From positions 1 through 45,713 of the forward strand of contig JBFLZG010000044.1 of NCBI GenBank assembly GCA_040756235.1: a stretch of DNA of 45,713 bases. The letters run 5' to 3'. Shown one piece after another: positions 11,101 to 19,923 of the stretch (its first letter is position 1; each line of letters begins with the position of its first letter). The notes below the pieces were generated by a model, which was not told the origin of the DNA, did no database searches, and worked only from the letters and a program-made list of their open reading frames with translations. The DNA comes from a bacterium (GTDB taxonomy: Bacteria; Desulfobacterota; DSWW01). The translations under genes and the position numbers were made by a program.

Positions 11101-11626
11101 CGGCAGGGGCGCGGCACAGAAGATGGCAGAATCCGTAAACGATGCCGTTGCCAGCATCCAGCGTGTCATGGATGAGGTGAGGCGTATCCAGCTCGCCCTT
11201 CACCCTCCCTTTCTGGATGACATTGGGATTGTGGCCACTCTGTCATGGCTCTGCCGGGAGTTCACAAAGGGGAGCCCCCGTGTTCGCGTCCAGCAAGAGA
11301 TGGCGGCCGATGAGAGCGACATCCCCTCGACCTTGAAGACTGCGATGTACCGCATCTGCCAAGAGGCACTCCACAACGTTGCCAAATACAGCGGGGCAGC
11401 TCTCGTGCACCTCTCTCTCCGGCAACAGGATCGGAAGATCGAGCTGGCGGTCCGAGACAACGGCCGAGGGTTCGACCCGGAAGAGGTGGCTAAGCGGGAA
11501 GGGCCCAGCCGTGGTTTGGGTCTGGCCAGCATGCGAGAGCGGGCGCAGCTCGCCGGCGGTCGCTTAACCGTGGAGTCTGCCTCGGGCCGGGGGACCGCGA
11601 TCCGAGCGGCCTGGCCCTTGGGATAG
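8117..11626 (+). CDS. Soluble multi-PAS/GAF sensor histidine kinase (HisKA_3/NarX-type)
   Basis: Repeated PAS/PAC ends (DITERK, DVTERK, DATEHK, DITQRK), two GAF-like segments, H-box ERKLIAQDVHDSLG, QEALHNV, DNGRGF and GLGL.SMRER. Confidence 0.93.
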   Translation: MNLPSRTEGQLLEEVRRLREELREARDQAGRSAREAAALRDRLQANQRADAPIGGVKRGLAPEFLEALLNSIPEEIWVADVDKKLTLVNPAVIKEFGYTIGGGMPVEKVAASFEVYRSDGSPRPADEAPPLRALRGEVVRDQEEIVRTPATGELRHRQVNAAPVRDAAGAILGSVSVVRDITERKQAEAALRESEKSLMTHLDAMTRLQRIGTLFVSGDNLEPVFQEIVEAAIAISNADFGNIQLLESKSSSLRIAVQRGFPKWWVEFWDSAFESQGACGTALNRGERVIVEDVEQSPIFIGTPALEVQLKAGVRAVQSTPLVSRSGRLLGMFSTHYRAPGRPDDLALRLLDILARQTADIIERAQNQETLRESEAKAIALVKYAPTGIYELDFRGPKLLSVNEAMCEILGYSREELLAMGPMPLLDPESQRLFAARARRQLAGEQNNDTVEYRIRKKDGSLLDAVLNVTFNIGGDPYRAMVVAHDVTERKAAEEALRKSQEQYRAVVENTTAIILRLDPSGVITFANQRALDFFGYSEDELIGKHAVGTVVPPRETTGRDLAALVDKIAANPDRFHSNANENICKDGRRVWLEWTNSGIYDETAYLMEFLSVGIDATEHKRAEQALRESEGKYRSLFEHMLDGFAYCQMLFDEHGQADDFIYLEVNASFGRLTGLEDVIGKRATQVIPGIKDLNPELFEIYGRVAKTGISEKFEIDFKPLALHLSVSVYGPARGYFVAVFDDITQRKRAEADREALIQRLKSLVQVGADVIAAGSTQELLERVVDAARVLTRANQTISGYGYMDGEFRIGAVSRSPGAQLRPPDSVFSVQEAGLYMDLLDQGLSLRLNAGEFRSHPRWSGLPEGHPPLEGLLGAKLVGPKGGTHGVIMATSKEGGEFTVEDELLLKQLAYLTSVGLQHIEALAALGKARDELEIRVQERTSELRESESRCRFLSSQLLVAQETERKLIAQDVHDSLGSSLAAVKLSLESITKLSGRGAAQKMAESVNDAVASIQRVMDEVRRIQLALHPPFLDDIGIVATLSWLCREFTKGSPRVRVQQEMAADESDIPSTLKTAMYRICQEALHNVAKYSGAALVHLSLRQQDRKIELAVRDNGRGFDPEEVAKREGPSRGLGLASMRERAQLAGGRLTVESASGRGTAIRAAWPLG

Positions 11627-11815
11627 GGCGAGAAGTTATGAAGGGGTTGTTCGTTTCGGTTTGCGAGACGAACCCTCTTCGAAACAGTGAGCGGGCGAGA
11701 GAGAGCGGGACGCGCAAATCCCTGCGCCCGTGCAACAAACAGCGAGCCCCGAGAACCGGGATCCTCGGGGCCTGCGTTAACCAACGAGCCGCGTTTCGTT
11801 CGCGGTAGATTTCTT

Positions 11816-11891
11816 TGGCTCCCCAGGACGGACTCGAACCGCCGACCCGGTGGTTAACAGCCACCTGCTCTGCCAGCTGAGCTACTGGGGA
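11816..11891 (-). tRNA. tRNA-Asn (GTT)
   Basis: 76 nt cloverleaf TCCCCAG TA GCTC AGCTGGCA GAGC A GGTGG CTGTTAA CCACC GGGTC GGCGG TTCGAGT CCGTC CTGGGGA G CCA, with encoded CCA. Confidence 0.98.
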
Positions 11892-11980
11892 TCAATCGAA
11901 AGCGCAACGCCCGGGACCCGGAACGGAGCGGTGTCGAGAAGTGAGCGTTTGCCTCCCGGGCGCATCCTTTCGGCTCTTCG

Positions 11981-12010
11981 ATTATTCTCAAAAGTCCGGC
12001 GAATTGTCAA
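11981..12010 (-). promoter_or_regulatory. Putative tRNA promoter
   Basis: TTGACA (12010-12005), 18 nt spacer, AATAAT. Confidence 0.4.
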
Positions 12011-12224
12011 TAGGAACAGGGGAATCGGAATTTGCCCGCATTTGTTGAGACTCACATCATACCGGGTTCTCCGGACGGAACGGAAGTGAGAGAGAAATGA
12101 TCCGAGTTGTTTGCCGTCGAGGCGGAGAGGAAAGAGCCGATCGGCAGATGTCCCTCCCCTGCGGGGAGAGCTTTGAGGCAAGGCAGGGGCGACGAAGAAG
12201 GGCCGGCCGTATACTGCCGGCGTA

Positions 12225-13778
12225 CTAGAAGAGCTCTTCCTGGCGGATCTCGAGCAGGCTGCGCGCCCACTGCCGGACCACGGGGGAATCATCTCTGCAG
12301 CCGGGCTCCGCAAACGAAGGACCAAAGGTGGAGGCGCCGAGTCTGTACGCGGCCAACCGGCTGCACACGGACTCGGCCCGGCACATCCGCCGCAGGAACT
12401 CCTGCACCTGCACGCGCGGGAAGCTCCGCGGATTTCTCCGGATCCGGCCCAACATGCGTATGTAAAGACCCTCCGTGTCCCGCCGGAGCGTACAGACGGA
12501 GAGGAAGGAGCCCAGGCTGAGAGAGTCCAGGCCCTGCCAGACGTCCGGAAGCCGGTGGCGGCCGCAAGGAACTCTCCGCTTGGCCGATGTCTCCCTGTGA
12601 TCGCACCCGCCCGGTTTGGCTTGCCGTGAAGGCGTGGAGGGGACGCACTCGTCCATGCTCCCGGGCTCCCGGGCGATCCGCTGCAGGTGCTTGCGCAGCT
12701 CGATCGGCACGGATGCGATCCGGCAGTTGCGGCCCTCCCTTTGCGTCTTGCCCACGTACACGATCCCATGCAGGCGAAGCAGCCCCAGCGGGGTCACGGG
12801 AGTATGCCCCTCGTTCCACCACCAGGTGAGATCCCGGTCAGCGCCGAATCTCCTGGACAGCCGCTGCACGGTCGTCCACCCGCCCTGTTTCGACACGATC
12901 CAGTCCAGCATCTGTCGGGACGGCAGAGGCAGGGAGCGCCAGACCTTGCGCAGTCGCTCCTCGTCCGGCAGAAGACCCAGCAGGCTCTGGATCCGAGCTT
13001 CTCTCGAACGGCCTCCTGCTTTTTCTTCGACGCCCGACTTCTGGCAGACCCCTTCGAGCCACGGCACGGGCAGGGTCTTGAGCGCAGCCGAAAGCCTGAG
13101 GTTCGGCTTGAGCGGTGCGCTCTCGACTTCCCGCCGCCAGCGCACCTGGAACTCACTCATGAGGAAGCTCATCACTTCCTGCACGACGGAAGGGTCCGCG
13201 TCCGCCCCCGGATCGGGCTCCGCCGGGCTGTCGGCAGATGCCTCCGGTGCCCGGCCGACTTCTTCGATGAGCAGCGGGTACTCGGTTTCGCGCCCGGCTG
13301 TGTCGATGGAAAGGACGTGGACCAGGTGCATCCACTCTTCTTCCACGCCGAACCAATAACTGAAGAACTGGTTTTCCTGGAGCGTCAGGGAATCGATCGA
13401 ACAGAGGCGGGCCGCCCGTATCTTCTGCCGCATCGAGGTGCCGGGCGGCGGTTTGGATTCCCAGCAGACGTAACGGGGTCCGCTTCGATCGTACGGGTCT
13501 TTCCCGAAGCAGTATTCGTAAGACTCGTCCTGGTCTCTGCCGAACGAGCAGAAGATGGCGTAGTGAAGATCTTCCAGGCTCTGATCGCCCCGGACCTGCA
13601 GGGTCCGATAGATTTCCTTGCCGACCGCTTCTTCTCCGTAAGGTCCTCGGATCAGGTAGACCCGCAACGTGTAGATCCTGGGGCATCCGCCAGCGCTCTT
13701 GGTGCGGGGTGGAAACGGAATGACTTTGGTTGTCTTGGTCTCGGAGCACTGCGAGCGACTTCTACGCTTGGTCTCCAA
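12225..13778 (-). CDS. Protein with an N-terminal pRiA4b ORF3-like domain and an uncharacterised helical C-terminal region
   Basis: YTLRV..IYRTLQVRGDQSLEDLHYAIFCSFG ... FSYWFG..EEWMH.V ... YPLLIEEVGRAP pattern. The TTG start is uncertain. Confidence 0.7.
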   Translation of the reverse strand: METKRRSRSQCSETKTTKVIPFPPRTKSAGGCPRIYTLRVYLIRGPYGEEAVGKEIYRTLQVRGDQSLEDLHYAIFCSFGRDQDESYEYCFGKDPYDRSGPRYVCWESKPPPGTSMRQKIRAARLCSIDSLTLQENQFFSYWFGVEEEWMHLVHVLSIDTAGRETEYPLLIEEVGRAPEASADSPAEPDPGADADPSVVQEVMSFLMSEFQVRWRREVESAPLKPNLRLSAALKTLPVPWLEGVCQKSGVEEKAGGRSREARIQSLLGLLPDEERLRKVWRSLPLPSRQMLDWIVSKQGGWTTVQRLSRRFGADRDLTWWWNEGHTPVTPLGLLRLHGIVYVGKTQREGRNCRIASVPIELRKHLQRIAREPGSMDECVPSTPSRQAKPGGCDHRETSAKRRVPCGRHRLPDVWQGLDSLSLGSFLSVCTLRRDTEGLYIRMLGRIRRNPRSFPRVQVQEFLRRMCRAESVCSRLAAYRLGASTFGPSFAEPGCRDDSPVVRQWARSLLEIRQEELF

Positions 13779-13885
13779 TACGACCCCCAGCAGCAGTTTA
13801 CGAGATCTTTACCCCCCCTTGCGTGAGGCAAGGCGAGAAGCGCTCTCGCCTATATGCCTCCATCTTCGACCGGCATGCCCAGATT

Positions 13886-13923
13886 GTCAAGAAAGGCGAT
13901 CAAGGTCAAGAAAGGCGATCAAG
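13886..13923. repeat. Perfect 19 bp tandem duplication
   Basis: gtcaagaaaggcgatcaag occurs twice in tandem. Confidence 0.9.
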
Positions 13924-14157
13924 CGGCCGGGATGATAGGGTTCGAGTTGGGAAGTCTGCGGCGGCCGGGAGTCCTGCAGAACGAGCGGCCGCTGATCGAG
14001 ACGAGCCGCTGCGCATGGCAGCGAGGCACCGGACTGCGCGCTTCCGCTTCCACCTTCGGCCGGCTCGAGCCGGCCGTTGCTCCGAGGGCCGCGCGCCCTT
14101 CCGGTTTCAGAGCCAGGGCGACGAGATCGATGGAATCGACCCTCGCCCTGATACCGA

Positions 14158-14775
14158 TCAAGAGGGTTTGGAGAGATGGAGATCTTTCCGCCCGACGTGT
14201 CTGGCGTCGTTCGAGAGATCGAGCCGCGCCGCCTTTCCGTTCAGCCCGGCCTTCGGGCGACCCCACACGCGCAGGAGTCCTGCCAGCCCGAACAGACCGG
14301 AACCGACCAGCAGCATGGAGGCCGGTTCAGGAGCGGTCAGGGCAAACTTCTCGGTCGGGAGCGCGAGCTCTGTCCCCGCCTCGTGCAAACCGCTCTGCAT
14401 CGATCTCCCAGGAAAGTACCGGGGAGTCTGATTCTGAACGGCCGCAGGATCGGGATGCGAAAGATCGGGATCCAGGGAGAGCAAGTTGATGAGCTCCAAT
14501 TCGTCCAGCCGCTGCAGGACGCCGGCTCCCACGAAAGTCGCGCCTAGCAGGTCGTCGATTCCGTAGGTCGGCTTGGCGGCGCCGCCGTGACGGGCCAGGC
14601 CCATCGCGTCCTCCGCAAAGGAGACGCTTACCACGTCCTTTGCAGCGAGCTTTGCATTCTTGCCTCCTGCCAGGTCGAACGTGAACGGCGCCGCCCGTGC
14701 CGGCGTCACGAGTAGGAAGAACATCAACAGCCCTGTTGTGGAAACAACTGCCAGACGCACAGCCTCTCGGCTCAT
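14158..14775 (-). CDS. PEP-CTERM sorting domain protein
   Basis: Signal peptide ending PARA, and APEPASMLLVGSGLFGLAGLLRVWGR; AAGGAG RBS. Confidence 0.85.
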   Translation of the reverse strand: MSREAVRLAVVSTTGLLMFFLLVTPARAAPFTFDLAGGKNAKLAAKDVVSVSFAEDAMGLARHGGAAKPTYGIDDLLGATFVGAGVLQRLDELELINLLSLDPDLSHPDPAAVQNQTPRYFPGRSMQSGLHEAGTELALPTEKFALTAPEPASMLLVGSGLFGLAGLLRVWGRPKAGLNGKAARLDLSNDARHVGRKDLHLSKPS

Positions 14776-14998
14776 CTGTCTGCTCCTTCCCCCGTTCCTT
14801 CATATGATCCCCTCCCGAGATGCATGACTTGAACGGAAGGGATGGGACAAAAAAAACAAGATTGTTTACGAAGGCTTTGATTCGGTGGGCGGTCCGCTGG
14901 TTTCAGGGCGGGAAGCGCACGAGCGCGCGTGCCGAAGCACCGCAATTATGCTGAGATGTGCTTTGAAGAAAGAAGGATCTCGGGCAGCCGCAGCCCCT

Positions 14999-16165
14999 TC
15001 AGGGAGCGGCAGCCACGAAAGTCTGGAGTCGCCACTTTCGCTGCAGAGAATCGGCAAAGCTCAGAGCTTCCTCGCGAGTCTGGAAGCTCCCGATCGAAAC
15101 ACGGTACCAGGTGCCTTTCTCGGGAACGCCGACCGCCCGCACCGAGGCATCGAGGCCTTTCTTGACGAGGTCGCTCTTGTATGCCTGGGCGTTCTTCTCT
15201 TCTTTGAAAGAGCCCGCGTTCAGGGTGAACCGGGATTTCGAGCCGCCCTTGGAGGCCGCCACGGCAGGTGCCGGGGCGGTCTGGCCAGCAGGTTTTGTGA
15301 CGTCTTTCACGGACTTGGTCCGGGCCGGCCGTACAGCAGACGCAGCGCCCGGTTCCGCAGGGCTCGGTGCCGCTTGTTGCGTCGTCACGGCCGCAGTCCG
15401 CACCGCCTTTTCCGGCTGCATCTCGTTTGCCGGTGTCTCCCTGGCCTGTCCGCTCGCCGCCCTTGCGGAGTCCGCTCCGGCCGTCGAATCCGGCAGGGCG
15501 CCGGCGGTCGGAGGGATAGCAGGCACCGGAGTGAGCCACGGGGGATAGCTCGAACCGGCATCCTGCTCGGGCAAAGGCGATGACGGGGGAGCCGCGAGCG
15601 TTGCGGCCCCGACGGGCTCCTCAACGGTCACGAGAGGAGCAGCTCCGGATTCAGGGCTCTGTGCGTTCTGGATATCGGGCGCACTCAGAACGACCCGCAC
15701 GCTCGACTTCTCGTCGGCGGGGGCGATCTGTGGTACCGGAGCTGCGAGATCCTCCGGAGCGCTCTGCTGGATTTCCTGGCTGCCCGGCTTGAGCAAAACG
15801 ACGAACCCGAGGATGCCGATCAGGAGGAGCGCAACTCCCCAGAGGATCTGCCTCGGAATCTGGGTCCCTTCCGCGGAGGGTTCCTCGGATTCATCCGCGG
15901 GGTCGTCCCCTTCTCGTTCTCGGAGCAGTCTCCTCAATTGTTCCACGCCATGATCCCGCTCCCCGGCCGGCAGTCCGGTTTCGCGAGCGGCAAAAGGTTC
16001 GCACCCGGCTTCCGAGGGCCCTCGCAACGGAATGTCCGGCGTCAGGTCCGGCTCGGCAGCCGAAGGAAGGGGCTCACCGCAGGATGGGCACGTCCACGCC
16101 TCCTCGGCCGAGTCTTCGGACATGCGCACGCTTTCACCGCATCTGCACCGCATCTCGATGGCCAT
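14999..16165 (-). CDS. SPOR domain protein with N-terminal zinc ribbon and a single TM helix
   Basis: CRCG...CPSCG, TM ILWGVALLLIGILGFVVLL, Pro/Ala linker, and FTLNAGSF...WYRVSIGSF.TREEA SPOR domain. ATG at 16165. Confidence 0.88.
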   Translation of the reverse strand: MAIEMRCRCGESVRMSEDSAEEAWTCPSCGEPLPSAAEPDLTPDIPLRGPSEAGCEPFAARETGLPAGERDHGVEQLRRLLREREGDDPADESEEPSAEGTQIPRQILWGVALLLIGILGFVVLLKPGSQEIQQSAPEDLAAPVPQIAPADEKSSVRVVLSAPDIQNAQSPESGAAPLVTVEEPVGAATLAAPPSSPLPEQDAGSSYPPWLTPVPAIPPTAGALPDSTAGADSARAASGQARETPANEMQPEKAVRTAAVTTQQAAPSPAEPGAASAVRPARTKSVKDVTKPAGQTAPAPAVAASKGGSKSRFTLNAGSFKEEKNAQAYKSDLVKKGLDASVRAVGVPEKGTWYRVSIGSFQTREEALSFADSLQRKWRLQTFVAAAP

Positions 16166-16502
16166 CGTACACCCCAGTTCTGAAAAGAACCCTGGAACGG
16201 AACTGTAACCGCAGCTGAAAGACTCCAAAATTCTGTAAAAGTTCCATGAATGTAGCTGGTTTGGGGGGAGATTGCAAGTAATTTATCGCGTTCCTTGGAA
16301 CACCGCAAATTCGCACCTACAAAATCGGGGCAAGAAGACCCGGATTCGGCGCTGTGCGAGACCCTCTGCGCCCCATTGCGCTGCTCACCTGCCCTCCGGC
16401 GCGGAGGCACGCGAGTTGCAGGGTCCGAATCTTTTCATCGGGGTTTCTGCACAACGAGGCCCAGGCGACAGGTCGGAAAAACTTGAAGCCAGGAGATCGA
16501 GA

Positions 16503-16961
16503 ATGGATGAAAAATGGAAGGGCAAGGAGAGGCGCCGATTCCCCCGGATCAGCGAGCACATCCCGGTCACCTACCGGATGCTTACCCACCTTTCGAACCT
16601 GGACTTCCTGGAGATGGAAAGAGAAGCCGCCCGCACCTGGACCAAGGACTTCAGTTGCGGAGGGGTCTGCATCCGCACCGGCAAACGAGTCTCTCCCGGC
16701 TCCGTGCTTGAGATCCTGGTCGATTTCCCCGGGCACCCGATCAAGGCCGTGGGGAGGGTCGTCTGGTCCAGAGAGCTGGAAAAGTCCGGGGAGTTCTTCA
16801 CGGGAGTGGAGTACATCGCGGTGGACCAGAACCAGATGGATGAGATGGCCCAGACCGTCGCCGAGTGCCTGGTCGAGTCCTACAGATCGAAAGCGAAGGC
16901 CGGCAACTCGAAGCTGAAGGATATGCTGGCCGGCCTGCTCAAGGCTCTCAAGAACCCCTGA
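16503..16961 (+). CDS. PilZ domain (c-di-GMP-binding) protein
   Basis: ERRRFPR (RxxxR), DFSCGG (DxSxxG) and GRVVW motifs; AGGAG RBS before ATG 16503. Confidence 0.9.
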   Translation: MDEKWKGKERRRFPRISEHIPVTYRMLTHLSNLDFLEMEREAARTWTKDFSCGGVCIRTGKRVSPGSVLEILVDFPGHPIKAVGRVVWSRELEKSGEFFTGVEYIAVDQNQMDEMAQTVAECLVESYRSKAKAGNSKLKDMLAGLLKALKNP

Positions 16962-16993
16962 CCCGGCAGAAGGCATGGCGACCCGAAGGACAA

Positions 16994-17063
16994 GCGTACA
17001 GCAAGAGTACGCCTCGTTCCTCAAACTTCGCGCGCCTTGCATCTGGACCTTTTTGAACTGCCT
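16994..17063 (-). mobile_element. Partial inverted copy of the 125 bp MITE (family 1)
   Basis: The reverse complement aggcagttcaaaaaggtccagatgcaaggcgcgcg...gaggcgtac...gtacgc matches the left half of 32046-32170 and 36090-36214. Confidence 0.75.
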
Positions 17064-17259
17064 GCGCGTTTGGAATTTGCGCAAGCTGTTCCCGCGCCTC
17101 CACCATCCTCCCGTTGACATCTACCAGGCCACCATCCGCGCCGGTGCGCCCTCCGAGCGCCCTCCGGGAATCGTTTCCTCCGTCCCTCGACATCAAAGAA
17201 ACAGCTTGTCAAAACCATGATCCACGCGCCATCTTCACGAGCCCTATCCGGAGCGGACC

Positions 17260-18081
17260 ATGACGGATCTGAAGAGGAAGACACTTTTCATCACGGGCGG
17301 CAGCCGTGGAATCGGCAAGGCGATCGCCGTGCGGGCAGCCCGCGACGGCGCCAACGTCGTCATCGCCGCCAAGACTGCAGAGCCCCATCCCAAGCTCCCG
17401 GGCACGATCTACACCGCTGCCCGGGAGATCGAAGAGGTGGGCGGAAAGGCCTTGCCCCTCATCGTGGACGTCCGCCGTGAGGATCAGATCCAGGCCGCTG
17501 TCGAGAAGGCGGCCCAAACCTTCGGCGGCATCGACATCCTGGTAAACAACGCAAGCGCGATCTTCCTGGCCGGGCTCGCCGACACGCCCATGAAGCGCTT
17601 CGACCTCATGCACCAGATCAACGTGCGCGGCACGTTCGCAGCTTCCCAGGCCTGTCTGCCCTGGCTCAGGAAAGCCGAGAACCCGCATATCCTCGTACTG
17701 TCGCCCCCGCCCAGGCTCGAACCCAGCTGGTTCGCGAGCCACCTGGCGTACACGATGTCCAAGTACGGGATGAGCATGTGCGTGCTCGGGATGTCCGAGG
17801 AGTTGAAGCCCGACGGAATCGCCGTGAACGCCCTCTGGCCCCGCACCGTTATCGATACCGCGGCGGTCCACAACCTGCTGGGCGGCGAGGATACTGCGAG
17901 GCGCGGCCGCAAGCCCGAGATCATGGCCGACGCCGCCTACATCATTCTGACCCGCGACGCTCGCAAGACGACGGGCAACTTCTTCGTGGATGATGAAGTG
18001 CTGGCCTCGGAGGGCGTCACGGATCTCGGCCGCTATGCGGTCGTGCCCGGTGCCGAGCTCATCCGGGACCTGTTCTTGTGA
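17260..18081 (+). CDS. SDR family NAD(P)-dependent oxidoreductase (HSDL2-like)
   Basis: TGGSRGIG, AAKTAEPHPKLPGTI, NNASAI, YTMSK and NALWP motifs. Confidence 0.93.
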   Translation: MTDLKRKTLFITGGSRGIGKAIAVRAARDGANVVIAAKTAEPHPKLPGTIYTAAREIEEVGGKALPLIVDVRREDQIQAAVEKAAQTFGGIDILVNNASAIFLAGLADTPMKRFDLMHQINVRGTFAASQACLPWLRKAENPHILVLSPPPRLEPSWFASHLAYTMSKYGMSMCVLGMSEELKPDGIAVNALWPRTVIDTAAVHNLLGGEDTARRGRKPEIMADAAYIILTRDARKTTGNFFVDDEVLASEGVTDLGRYAVVPGAELIRDLFL

Positions 18082-18307
18082 GAACCGGCGATCTGCCCTT
18101 CGTGCGGCTGCAGCGGAACGTGAGACCGGCCGGAGGGTGATGGAAGAAAGGAACAGCAGCCCTGCACCGGCCCGTGCGGCAGAAGCGGGAAGACTCCTGA
18201 TGGATGAGGAACGCCGGGCAAGGCTCTTCAGGGAGGATGGCTCCCGGAAAACATTCCGGTCCTCGGGCCGCCCCTGCGGCTCCCACCCGGCGCTCGGCGC
18301 CTCAGTC

Positions 18308-19117
18308 TCAGTGCCCCCTGGCCAGGCGCCGGACCCTCTTCTTCTGGTAAGAGTTCCAGCAGCAAGCCGGCAGGAGAAGGATCGCCAGATAAGCCAGACC
18401 ACGGCTCCAGCTGTCGCCGGAGGACAACCTGCCGACGGAGACCGCAGAGCAGCCGCCGCCTCCCAGACCGCCGCCCGGTCCGCCGTCTCCGCCTTCCCCT
18501 GAGACATCGACGGCAACCGCGGCCGGCTCGCTCGACAGCCTGCCGTCGCTGACGACCACTTCGAACGCCACCGTTCCCTCGGCCGGTGCATCGAAGCCGA
18601 CTGCCGCGTTCGAGGGGTCATCCAGGACCACCTCGGGGCCGTTCGTCTGTTTCCACTCGTAGATAAGGTCGTCCGCGTCCGGATCGACACTGCCGGAGGC
18701 GTCCAGGATCACCCAGTCCCCGACTCCGGCCGATTCCGGAGCCTCGGCCATCGCCACGGGCGGATGATTGACCCCCGCCAGGGCCACGGCCACGACCTCC
18801 GAAGAACCGGACATCGGACCTCGATTCCCGTTCGAATCCTCGGCTTCAACCTGCACCGTGTAGACGCCTCCGTCTTCCACGTCCAGGCGGCACGTGGGCG
18901 CATTGACTTCTGTGACCTGTTGCACGGAAGCCCCGTCCGTAGAGACGTACACGTTGTAGTGAGCGACCGGCCCGGTGCTGGGTTCCCACCTGAAGGTGAG
19001 CGGCGACCTGTCCGCGTACACGGTCGCTTCGGCCGTGGCGGAGAAGTGCAGCCATCCGAGCAGCCACAGCACGAGTATGAGCTTTCCCGTCCTTGCATGA
19101 GAGCGGCACAACTTCAT
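18308..19117 (-). CDS. Secreted FN3-like + PKD-like protein with a Gly-rich/Cys C-terminal sorting signal
   Basis: Signal peptide ending AEA; W......V.HYNVY FN3-like domain; NHPPVA...LDASGS.DPD...YEWKQ PKD-like domain; GGGGCS, then a hydrophobic helix and KKRVRR. Start 19117 or 19123. Confidence 0.8.
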   Translation of the reverse strand: MKLCRSHARTGKLILVLWLLGWLHFSATAEATVYADRSPLTFRWEPSTGPVAHYNVYVSTDGASVQQVTEVNAPTCRLDVEDGGVYTVQVEAEDSNGNRGPMSGSSEVVAVALAGVNHPPVAMAEAPESAGVGDWVILDASGSVDPDADDLIYEWKQTNGPEVVLDDPSNAAVGFDAPAEGTVAFEVVVSDGRLSSEPAAVAVDVSGEGGDGGPGGGLGGGGCSAVSVGRLSSGDSWSRGLAYLAILLLPACCWNSYQKKRVRRLARGH

Positions 19118-19172
19118 AGGCATCCCCCCCTGTCCATGAACGTGTAGGATTTGGATTTTGGGAGGGACGGGG

Positions 19173-19188
19173 AGCAAGGGCCGTGCCT
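19173..19188 (-). promoter_or_regulatory. Putative sigma54 (-24/-12) promoter
   Basis: The minus strand reads aGGCACG-GCCC-TTGCT about 50 nt upstream of the FN3/PKD gene, with an AT-rich tract further upstream. Confidence 0.65.
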
Positions 19189-19494
19189 CCCGGGGACGGG
19201 GAGTGCCCAAAAATGCTATTTAGGACCTAATTGCCTGTACTACAAGGGTATTTATTTTTCGGCAGGAGGGGTCTTTGCTTGTTCTGCGTTCTCGGTCTTC
19301 ATTACAAAGTCGTCATTGGGAGCCGGGACGCAGACGATCCTTACCGCTGCTCAAAGGCCAAAGGGCCCTCTCTCGGAGAGCGCGTACCGGATGGAGGTGT
19401 CTGCAGAAGGGACTGCCGGCGGCGGAGTTATCCGGCAGAGGAGTGGGGCCTGGCCGCCTCCGGACGAAGCCGCTGTTGTCAGCGCGCCCGATCC

Positions 19495-19659
19495 TCAACT
19501 CTTGCGGCTGGTCTTGGCCGAGAAGGGCGACACAAGCTGCTTGAGCTCCTTGGACTTGCACTTGGGGCACTCGGCCTTTCCCTTTTCGTGCTCGTTCAGG
19601 GTCATGACACAGCTGAAATTGTGCTTACAAGCTTGGCATTGGTACTCATAAGTAGGCAT
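19495..19659 (-). CDS. FmdB-family zinc ribbon protein
   Basis: MPTYEYQCQAC...CPKCKS..LKQLVS; GGGAG RBS. Confidence 0.9.
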   Translation of the reverse strand: MPTYEYQCQACKHNFSCVMTLNEHEKGKAECPKCKSKELKQLVSPFSAKTSRKS

Positions 19660-19923
19660 GTCGGATCTCCCTGCGACGTCCGAAACCTCCGTTCCAGTCA
19701 ATCGTATGGCAGTTTCGGCCTTGCATTCAAGGCAAAATCGCACGGAGGGAGGGCTCCGGGAGCCTGAAATACTTCCGGGTGCGCGCGCAGTCCTTTAGGC
19801 AGGGAGTCGGGCGCCGGGCCGGGCCCGGCGAGATCCTTCGGGCCTTCAGTTCATCTCGGCGCATACGATCTTCACAACAGAGATGACCTTCGGCCGTGCG
19901 CGCCGCATGTTCGAACGGCGGGA

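Noticed and set aside
14917..14934. Possible sigma54 promoter (GGCACG) upstream of the PEP-CTERM gene
   Set aside because: The GG-to-GC spacing is wrong, with no GC at -12.
17209..18690. 493 aa minus-strand ORF and similar long ORFs (12687-13826, 23566-25722, 25980-27629, 28059-29933, 36026-38152, 38044-39819)
   Set aside because: Antisense or alternate-frame shadows of well-supported genes, expected in high-GC DNA.
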